A stretch of 50,662 bases of DNA from Paraglomus brasilianum (lineage: Eukaryota), in assembly GCA_910592345.1 (NCBI GenBank), contig CAJVPI010000130.1:1-50662 (forward strand), in the 5' to 3' direction. The position numbers were made by a program, and so were the translations under genes. The notes below the pieces were generated by a model. It was not told where the DNA came from. It saw only the letters and a list, made by a program, of their open reading frames with translations, and made no database searches. Positions 40,351-50,662 of the stretch are shown here, piece after piece (the first letter of the stretch is position 1; the number at the start of each line of letters is the position of its first letter).

Positions 40351-42909
40351 TACCCGCAATGGTCTGAAAAGACCACTAATTGCGCTACATTCAATGTTAT
40401 ATAAATGATTTTGAAATTTCGATTTTAAATCGTGTTGCAAATAATAGCAATTAAAGATTAGTTAATGGAAAAGCCTAAATTAGTAAGTATGATAGAATCT
40501 TGAATATAAATTATTAGAGTTAATTTTAGCATTGTAACCACGTACTTTGTTTCCAAAACTTTTGTTCCGAGTTTGCACAGTCATACGCTACAGCTATTTG
40601 TTTTTCATGTTCTGTCTTCAATTTGTTAAAAATCTATCGGTCGCGTAATAGGTATAATGTAAAAAGTAAAAAGCAGGGCTCGATCAGATAATATTATTAT
40701 GTCATGCAATGAGATACAAAATTTAATTTAATTTAATTTAATTAATTGAAATGGCCGACCATATTTCTAGTTACCTTTTCTCTGATATCCATTAATTCAA
40801 CAACAGATTAAAGACGCAATCATGTGACAATTTATTAATCAAATCTGCATAATTATGGAAAGATTTGTTGTCGAGAAAGCAAGCTTGTTCGGTAAATTAA
40901 TTATTAGAAATAATACACAGTAAACTATATTTGTAAGACTGAACGACATTCGCAGTTACCAAAGTCATTTATCAATCAACTCGTTTCAAAGAGTTATAAA
41001 AGTATTATCATTGTCATGATTATCGCAAATATGTTGATTTTACTTCAGTTCGGCTTTTACGATCGCCAGTGGTGATTTAAGCTATTCTTTATTAGTAACA
41101 AGCAGTACTATTTGAATTATTATCTATCGGGAATGTTATGCTTGCGTTCTAGCCAAAATCATGTCATATACCAGAGCCAATCAAGTATTCTGCGGACTCT
41201 TTTCCGACCAATCAATGATGACGAGTTCGTTAGGTACTACTATCAATTAATTAGTACAGTAATAGTAATAGGTATTCTCTTGCTTTAAACAGAAAAGTCT
41301 ATTATCGTTATTATTGGTTGATTAAAATCCTTTCTCAGTTTGCCGTTTTTGTAATGATAAACAAATTTTTCGTTATGTTTCAGTGAATAGGTAATTAACT
41401 TGATCCTGCCTGATATACTCAGCCATAAAATTAAGGGGTAACTCAAACAATCATAGCGGGGGAAGCATTATTCAACAAGTAGAAGGTCTTTGCTTTATTA
41501 TGTCACAAGGTGTCGTTAGATGTGCTCCATCTCATTATCGATCTATATGTCTTACCTAATGATTACTTTAGTCAAACCTTATTGCAATTTGTGCTACTGT
41601 AGAAGCTGAATTGATTTATCACATCCACCGAATATAGGGAGATAGGTGCGTAGGAGACGGTCCGTGGCTTCAAAAAGAAAAACGTTAGATAATCAAATCT
41701 TGTCACAAGATGTCGTGTCTAGCATATCAAGACTTTTTGTTTCACAGCCAGCAAATTATAGTTTGGGGTAAACGGTTAATTGTTTCGAATAAAAGGGTAA
41801 TAGTAATAGATTACGAATCCATCAACAAACGCTATTATTTCGTTGTTTGTCTGTCTGTCTGTCGTCTACAATGGCTTATTCCCAGCTACAAACGCCACAT
41901 ACTAACGAACAATTAGCTAGTTGCGATAAAGAGTCGTATCTAACCATATATAGTGTGTTTCAATGTTTGGTATTTACATTTAATCGATACAGAGTGAATT
42001 GCTCCTATTCGCTATACTTTTTCAAAACAACGTTGTTATGCACATAACATATTCTCAGGCTTTTTCTCTCTCGTAGACTTGTCTTTATTCTGTTAATATC
42101 ATGTGCATAAGCATATGTTGATTAAAGGTAAAATATAAACTTATTCTCCATATTGTGTTGTCATGTGCATTTACTATAATAGGATTTTCGTCAGAATTCC
42201 TTGTTCTCTTTCCTTATCCCTTTAACCACACAAGTTAACGTAAAATACAACAGATGACGCGCAACCATATGATAAAATTATATTCTAGCCGATCAAAGAG
42301 GGGAGGAAATATGCACACAAGTTCAGCTACTACAAACTGCATAATCTTAATTATAGTGATAGCAACTGCAACCTTAACATTAAACCCAAACAAATAACTC
42401 ATGTTGGTCTCCTTGCCCGAGTTAACATAAACCAGTCACATCAGATCTAGTCACGCGATATTGTACAGCCTTTCGAGATAGCGGAATGGTTCGATAGCGA
42501 CAAGAATGCTCTTGATAGACACGACGAATTAATAAAACAAAGCTAAATTATGTCGACATTGGTATGCTACAGCTATCGGAATATCCGCTTGTTAATTTTT
42601 ATCGCTTATTTGTCACAAGAAACATGTGGTGATCATCCGGATTTTTCTAATTTGTAGTTTCCGAGACTTACAACATTGGACGACTCAAAAAAGACATTAC
42701 TACAATTGACAAGTAAACTTTTTGAAAATCTTTTTGCTTGCAGCTTGGATCGATAGTCTGTTGGTTTACAGTCAATTAAACGCTTGCATGTACGTTATTG
42801 ATCGATTCGGGAGAAATAAGGGTGTGTGGTAGTCAATTTCCTTTTACCCAGATTGACAGTTTGTGTCGGTTGGCTGTGGCTTTTGTGGTCTCGGACTTTA
42901 CGTATTACG

Positions 42910-42969
42910 GAAACCTCTCTCCGTCATTGCATAGTTGAAACCTCTCTCCGTCATTGCATAGTCGAAACC
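42910..42969. repeat. 27-bp tandem duplication
   Basis: GAAACCTCTCTCCGTCATTGCATAGT(T/C) x2 plus a partial third copy. Confidence 0.9.
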
Positions 42970-43650
42970 AAAAAATTACGGTGGATAGACATTAACACCT
43001 TTATTAGAAAGTTGATTTGTTAATTTTAGCAAACTGGTACTAATTGGTGCGGTTGATATTACTATAATATTGCTCTATAACTTTTTCAAGAGAGAACGAG
43101 TTTGTTTAAACAACAAATATAAATAAATAGTGTTGTAATTGACAGTAGCAGAGATAAGACGTACATTCATGTTACACGGCATATTGTCTCGTGGGAATGC
43201 AAAGATCATTTCCCAAATTACGAGTCACATTGTCTAATACATTTTTCTTTTTCACCGTTTATCGTGTATTGTGTCTCTTACGAGTGACACAACTCTAACA
43301 TTCGGTCACAAACCCACCCCATGACGAGCCCTTGCCCCCCCCATTTTAACCCAAACAATAAATTGATTGACGCTCCATTATTATAAAAAGTGGGAGATGA
43401 AATTAACAAGTTGCTAAGCAGTTGTGTCAAGCGCACGCGAACATTTGGTTTATATTATGTTTCATATTTATTAACCCATAGAATAATATAATAAGAGCAG
43501 AACTCAACTTACAAGACTTTAAAGCTTTCAACTTACTTTTTTTTTTTTTTTTTTAATTACCGCCTTACCATTCGTAACGTTGTCATTGCCAAACGACAAA
43601 CTTTATCTTCTGTCGTCTATTATTTGTATAGTAATATTCTCATATAAAAA

Positions 43651-45820
43651 ATGGGTCTTGATCCAAGAGACTTGGTTTCCTTGACACACACCTTCTTCAA
43701 TACGATTTACAAGCATTATCGTAATGAAACACCTGATACCACCTGGGACCTCAAGCTGCACCTTTCTGTCGAACTTTTGCGCTGCTTGCTGCAACACAGT
43801 AAGCACAAAACCATAGAGACCCATCAAAAGTTTACCGCTGGCACCTATTTCGTCGTTCCCCCGTCAATCCTCGTTCAAAAGGCCACCGTCCCCGAGACCA
43901 GCAGGTCACAAGCAGAAGATATATTGGCAGGATTGTTGAGTGGACAAGAAGAGAGTATCGGATGGAGGTGGAGAGAAGATCCGATGCGGCAGAAACCTTT
44001 AAAAGCCGAGTGGATTGAAGAGAAGAAGAGAAAACAGACTTGTGATGTCGATAGAGTTATTCTATACGTGCATGGAGGTGCTTATTGTATTGGTAGTCCG
44101 GCACAGAGTAGATTTATCGTGAACAAGGTCGTTAAAGCTGCTGGAGCTCGTGCTTTTAGGTGGGGTTGAATAACGGTGTAGAGAGAGGGGGAAACGATGG
44201 ATGCATGATGGTTACATTTTTTAGAGTAGGAAAATTGGTGCATCTTGTTATGTGGACATTTAATCCGTATTAATTATTAACTTTTGTTTTGTAGTGTCGA
44301 CTATCGATTGGCACCACAGTCTCCCTTTCCGGCTGCAGTCATCGATACGCTTGCTGCTTACTTGTATTTAATACAACCACCTGCAAATTCGGGTTTGAAT
44401 CCCATTAATCCCAGTAATATTGTAATTATGGGTGATTCGGCTGGTGGAGGTAATTATTTTACGGAAACACAGATGGTGTAAAATGGAATAGAGAATGGAA
44501 AATGTAGAATAGAGAATGGATAATGGATAATGGATAATGTAGAATGGATAATGGATAATGTAGAATAGAGAGTGGAGAATGGAGAATGGAGGATGGAGGA
44601 TGGAGGATGGAGGATGGCGAATGGCGAATGGCGAATGGCGAATGGCGAATGGAGAATGGAGAAATTAAAACAAAACCTTGTGCATACTTTTGTTACAATT
44701 GTTACAATCGTCATCACCTTTGCGCGGATTACCCCTTTATCCCGTCTTAAGACATGTCTTCTCACTATTCTATTTGTTTAGGTTTGTCATTGGCTACCAT
44801 GTTAATACTCCGCGATGCCGGTCTCCCCCAACCAGCAGCTTGTGTCTGTTGGTCTCCTTGGGTAGATTTATATCACTCTCTTCCGTCCGTTCTCGAGAAT
44901 TCCGCGACCGACTATCTGCCAAATGGCATTGTTCATAAACCCTCTCCGGCTAATCCAATCAAAGACTACAAAAACTTTCAAGAGAGATTGAACAGGATTC
45001 AGTATTATGCGTACAACTCTGCACTGGATTGTCCGTATGTGAGTCCTCTGCTGGCAAAAGATTTAGGCGGGCTCGGGCAGTTGTACGTGGTAAGTAAACC
45101 ATCCATGCCTTGGTATCGTGGATACACTCCCATTGATTGCACGTCAAGATAATAGTCTATTGCTCTTGCTTACTGTTTTCTATTTAATAGACATGTGGCA
45201 ATGCTGAAAGACTGCGCGATGAAGCAATTCTCTTTGCTTACAAAGCATCAAAGACATGTTCAGATGTATTTGAAGGAGAGAGTACTAATGGTCAACATGA
45301 ACATGAGCCTACCAAAGTCACTCTGCATGTGTACGAGTAAGTACAAGAAGAAAAGAAAATTTATAAAAGAAACCTGTTTTTTTTTTACTGCCTTTTTATC
45401 CTAATTCTCTGTTTGGACGCATTCAGTGCTATGCCACACGTATTCCAGATCTTTGGTTTTCACCCAGCGGCAACAGATGCAGTCTCTCGTACTGCCTCGT
45501 TTATCCGGAATGCAATTCCCTCCCGTCCATCTAGTCCTGGGAACCGTTCACCAGAACGTCGTAGTAATGAAGACCTCCCGTCTTCGCTATACGGGGTTGA
45601 AATTCATGTCAACGATGCAAGACAAGACGAAGACGAGGACGAGGACGAGTTTGTAAGCGAGGATGACTTGATGCTGATTAAAAGAATATCAGTAATCGGA
45701 AAGAGCAGGGAATTTGAAGGAATGGAGAAGCCAAAGTTGAGAGAATGGGTTGATACATTGGGAAAGTTACCTGACTTTACCAAGAATCCAGAGATATTCA
45801 ATAATCTTTTAAATGTTTAA
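43651..45820 (+). CDS. Alpha/beta hydrolase, HSL/Abhydrolase_3 family esterase-lipase (5 exons, ~503 aa)
   Basis: Exons 43651-44159, 44295-44449, 44782-45089, 45191-45336, 45427-45820; total 1512 nt. Motifs HGGAY (oxyanion hole), VDYRLAP, GDSAGG (nucleophile), [14 protein letters not shown] (acid), MPHVF (His). Confidence 0.93.
44490..44664. repeat. Heptamer minisatellite in hydrolase intron 2
   Basis: About 25 in-register 7-mers (GGATAAT, GTAGAAT, GGAGAAT, GGAGGAT, GGCGAAT). Confidence 0.9.
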
Positions 45821-46895
45821 TATTGGACAGTATGGGGGAAAAAAACTTTATTAATTTGTAGATAATTCGTATTTTTATAATTGATGTTGTTTCTTGATAA
45901 TGAAACGATTAATAACTATGATATAAATAAATAATTTAATTTGTGCGGTCTATATATTTTTACTGTTGCTCATTCTTGGCTAGTGAGGTTCTTACGTAAT
46001 CAACGTAATTGCCACGTGGCGGGGCCTTGACGATTTGAGAGAAAATTTAGTTTCTGGTAAGCGAGATCGTGCATTTACAGATATGCCATTGCAGATGAAG
46101 CACACGTTTGTTTTAGAAATATCTTAAGTGACCCATAGTTTCTCGACAACGGTCCAAAAACGCAAGCGCTAAACGAGGTACTAGCTCACCTGATTTCCGA
46201 GAACGGCCCTCGGTGATCACGCGCATTTTTTTTCGCGCGTCTTATGCGCGCTTTCTATTAACAAAGTCGAGTATTTACTTTGACAAACTCGACAGTTTTT
46301 TATAAACATTGTTCTAAGCAATAGATTTCTTTTCAGAAGGAATCCTACAGACTGAGAGGCAATCTCATAAAGCGTGGTTCGACAGAATCGAAAAAAGTTG
46401 CTAGTCAGCCGAAAATAGGTGCTTTGGTTTCCTATTAGCGTTTTCTTGACACTACGATTAGCAGAGGGAGCTCTCATAGCTACGGTAACAACGAAATGCT
46501 GTCTATCTTACGATCGGAATGTCTGCTAATGAGAAATGAACCCTTACAACTACGGTGACATTGGAGTGTTGTCTACCTTATGGTCGGAATGTCCGTTGTA
46601 CCTGCTTTCGCAATGTGCAAGTACTTTCACTACTTTCACTACTCACATTATTTATTGAGGGGCTCATTGCGACGTCAACGCGTTTTGGAATAAAATCAAA
46701 CTTAAACAGAAAACTACAAGAACAGTTGCAGACCGTAGGGGTCGTAGCCTTTTTTACTTGCTCTGATAAAGTTGGCGTTTAATTATTGTGCTTTTTATTG
46801 GCTGCAGGGGAAGCCACTAACACCAATTTATTAATAAGTATCTCCGCAGAAATTCTGCTGTTGAAAATGTTAACGATACAATGGTATGAATTACA

Positions 46896-47422
46896 CAGTA
46901 GAAGTCGATATAACGGATTTCGCTTAGTGCGTGAAAATATAGCGGAGTTTATTATTATTATAAATCGTTGTGGTGCGTGCGGTTTTGTATTTTTTTTCGA
47001 TAAACGGAGTTTAATGAGGCATTGTTCAATATAACGGAATTATAACGGAGTCCGCTATAGTTCATAGTAGATCCGTACTAAAGTGGTCGAATCCGTTATA
47101 ATTTATGATAGATCCGTACTAAAGTGGCCAAATCCGTTATAATCCATAGTAATATTAATAGCACAAATTTATCCGTCAGTGTATAAAGATAAAACAATTT
47201 TGATAAAGAAAGAAATAGTCCTATTAAAAAAAACAACAGACGATTCTTGTTTTTGAATATACTTTTACATTGACAAACTTAATAAATATCAAGTAATAAA
47301 TAAAAAACGCTATATCAAACATTTTCTGAGTTTGCTATATTAATATTTATATCGATAAAACGGATTGTCACGATATAACGGAGTCCTGTAAAATCCGTTA
47401 TATCGACTTTGCGATTTACTAT
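46896..47422. mobile_element. MITE with Tigger/pogo-like TIRs
   Basis: Perfect 19-bp inverted repeat AAGTCGATATAACGGATTT (46902-46920 and 47391-47409). Left end begins CAGTAG. Internal TATAACGGA / TCCGTTATA motifs are repeated. Outer right end is degenerate. Confidence 0.7.
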
Positions 47423-50048
47423 AGATTATTTTTATTGGTTCAACTGATCGACGTGATATAAATATTTAATCGCGCAATAGAAAAATATAAGCTGACGTAA
47501 TTTACGACGAGTTTTTAGTTACCAATAGACTTGTACTTATAATTAATGTATTTAGTTATGACAATTTTGTTTGTTAGGTATACACGTATATCTGTCACAC
47601 GATTGTTTTCTTGAAATTAGAAGTTTACGGTTGGATAGTAAATGCGGTCGCTTTTTGTCAATGTTAATTAATCATCTAATCGTACGGTGATTTTGCATTG
47701 AAATTATTGGTACAATACGGTTAGAATATTTGGATTTAATGGATATTTGTTTAATTAATATACAATATTGCAATTTGACAGGTAAACAAAGACTAAAAAT
47801 TTGACCCCGTTTATTTTAATAATGTTATAGAATTCTCCAAGAATGCTTCGATACTTAACATTAGTTTCAAATGCCAAATTCAGACATATTTATATTTTGA
47901 TGGTTTAAAGACATTTGCCTCTACACTAACGATGATAAAAACATCAAGCAGGTTATCGTATGAATTAGATTGACATAATAAGCTCTGGAAAATTCACGAA
48001 AATGCCAGCTTTTATTTCAGTATTTTGACTATGGAGCTGCATGGAGTAAATCGCAATAGTACATAAAGAAACATGTACCTAATAACATTATTCAATGGTC
48101 ATTTGTCATGACATAACATCTATTGGCTTCTGGGAAGTCTTTTTTTTTTAATAAATTTGTCATAATATCGTTATCGTGAAATTGATTCTTTGACGATTAT
48201 ACGCCATATTTGTCGGAGGTTTGCAAGGAAAAAAAGATCAAATAACTCCCCGATCAGTAAGCAATATTATTCAAATATTAAAAGAAAATAATAGCGAACG
48301 AAAAGTTCGGATTGTAATAAGCTCATTTCTTTTGCTGAAACAAATGATTAGCTTTTGATATGTGAGAACTATGGAATTAGAGTATTACGATACATTATGA
48401 TTAACATATATTCGTACATTATTTTGATAATAAATAATAAAATACGTCGCGTTCATAGATATTCAATTCCAATCAGACATACAACAGGCATGTCCGGAAT
48501 GAGGAAGGAAATTTGATGTAGTTATTGGCGATGGAGTATGAATTAAAAGTTCGTCCAAAAAGGATAGATTGATAAAAGGTTTTTTGTTCCTGTTTACGAT
48601 TTAATGTTATCTGATGACCTACGTCGTTTACTAACCGTGAATTGGGAATATATATATATTCAAATTGACCATTAGTTGGGTTTTTCTTCGTGGAAATACT
48701 AATACGCGGAGATTTACGGAAATGTTGTAACCGTAAATACTATCACAACAGCATCAATGCAAGAGGATGTGTCGACATCCTCTGAGTATCCCCATGTTAT
48801 GCATGGAGTGAACCGACTAGAGCAGAAGCAACGATACAAACTTCTTGCTTCTACAAAAACCATTGCACACACAATTTCCATTGCAAAATTCGTTTGCATT
48901 AACAGTACACAAAGACGCGAGGGCTTATTCTACCAAATGTTACTCTAGGCACTAGACAATAATATATTTCTGCTGGTTAACCTTATGTTGGGAAAATCCT
49001 CTCTACACAAAGATGCATTTATTACAGACAAATGACTAAGAACAATTGGTTTTCAAATTCTTTATTGAGCACGCATGGGTTTAAATACAATTGATATTTG
49101 CTGCTTTACTCGAATACTAAAACGTATGAACATAAAATTTCCAACCACAACGTTGCAATTGTTATTGTTGCTTGATGACGGGCACATAAAAACTTACTTA
49201 GTTCTATACATAATACCGTGATCGAGGATAAATAAAGGAACTACTCCAGTTGCTGTCGATGGGAAACAGCTGGCCTCACGAGCGCTATATAATGATCTGT
49301 ACACAAGCGTACGTTGGTTATTATTTATGAACTTAGAGAAACTAAAGAAATGATTGTTCATTGATCTTTGAAATCACGGAGCTCGAAGAGTTGGGATGAT
49401 GATGATTCAGCGCGTGAGAAAGGAGAAAGAGAGGGTGGGGGTGAAATGGGAGAAGAGAGAACACTATTACTGAAAGTGCGATTGAAGATTCGACCCGTCA
49501 TATCCGATGTTCGTAAGTTAAATGAACCGCATATCTATAAACCAAATCGCACAATAGATCTCATGGTATGCAGTGTCTTCAAGATCCTGAACTTGTAACT
49601 ATAGTCGTTATACGATGAATGTAAGACTTGGTCGTTTTCCAATTAGTCATATGCTCACACAAGACCCCTTAGTCTAGCTTGACTATGTTCTTCGACCAGA
49701 TCTGCAAAAAGTCTTAGAATTCTTGGTTACAAAATTTGCGCAATGCTTATCCGTCGGGTTTTTTTATGAAGTGACGTAAAAGTGTGCGAGAGCCAATCAA
49801 ATTTCAGGAATTTTATTATTCCTGAATTTGATAAATGGCCCTTCCATCTATAAAGTAAAGTGTCGGAAAAGTGTCGGGAGTTATTAATTTTACCTGATAA
49901 AATCAAGTGACTATGCATCAAGTATCTTCTTGAGTGTGTCTAACCAGTCTGCAATACTAGAGAACAGCTTTACTCCGAGCAGTTACACTACATCTTACAT
50001 AACTACTAAGCCCGCTTTGTTTATCAGTTTATTCCATCCATTACTAAC

Positions 50049-50662
50049 ATGTCTCAAATGACCAAGAATTCATATAAAGAATGGTTTAACAAGAGCATTC
50101 AAGAAGGTTACATTCATTGTTGTACAGAAAGTGATATCGAATTAGATCCTTTACATATTGGCCATGGATCATACGGAGTGGTTTATAAAGCAACGATAAA
50201 AGAGGAAAGTCGTTTTAGAAACATCGCCAAGACGATCTTGGGTAAGAAACAAAACATCTCTGGCATTACTGTTGCAGTGAAGACGTTGTTTCCTAATGGA
50301 GACAGTAATTGTGAAGATTGGCGTCGGCATTTTGTCAAGGAGGTTGCTATTGATTACTAGCCGTTATGCCGTCACTTTCACGTATGCATGGACTAATTTT
50401 TGATGCAAACATTGTTAGCTAAAACATCACAAGCTTGTGAACAATCATCCCAACATTATTCGGTTTGTCGGTCTATATAACGGTATGTTGTAAACGGCAA
50501 TTTCGTTGATTTGGCACAAGGAGTCCTTATTCCTTTTTTTTTAACACAATAGATAGATATGACAATTATCATATGATTTTTGAATTAGCCGATGGTGGGA
50601 CTCTGCGTCAACACTTGGACAAACATTTTAATGATTTAACTTGGAAAGACAAATACAAGTTG
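50049..50662 (+). CDS. Tyrosine-kinase-like (TKL) protein kinase, 5' part (runs off window)
   Basis: Exons 50049-50342, 50419-50482, 50553->50662. IGHGSYGVVYKA (Gly loop), VAVK, FVKELK..HPNIIRFVG, MIFELADGGTLRQHL..LTWKDK. The N-terminal WFNKSIQEGYI resembles the expanded TKL family of Glomeromycotina/Endogonales. Confidence 0.88.

Noticed and set aside
44454..44781. ORFs [12 protein letters not shown]... and the antisense ORF
   Set aside because: Translations of the intronic heptamer repeat.

Overview
Intron-rich eukaryotic DNA (GT-AG introns, CTAAC/CTAAT branch points, about 35-37% GC by eye). It is most consistent with an early-diverging fungus (Mucoromycota, Endogonales/Glomeromycotina-like; inferred from the TKL kinase type, a Crinkler-like relic and retained METTL5). 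Manual splicing gives seven protein genes: a Nop6-like RRM protein (-), a 14-exon Set9/Suv4-20 H4K20 methyltransferase (+), a PKA regulatory subunit (-), METTL5 (-), Erg10 thiolase (-), an HSL-family alpha/beta hydrolase (+) and a partial TKL kinase (+). Between the genes lie a solo LTR with TSD, a deleted pogo element, a MITE, decayed gene/TE relics and simple repeats. Two observations stand out. (1) The Set9 reading frame splices in frame into an Xbp1-type APSES/KilA-N DNA-binding domain and a C-terminal chromo-barrel (Tudor-knot), which would put writer, DNA binder and reader in one polypeptide. (2) The PKA regulatory subunit carries the PKG-type cGMP-selectivity Thr in cyclic-nucleotide site A. 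All exon models were derived by hand from splice signals and reading phase and need RNA-seq confirmation.
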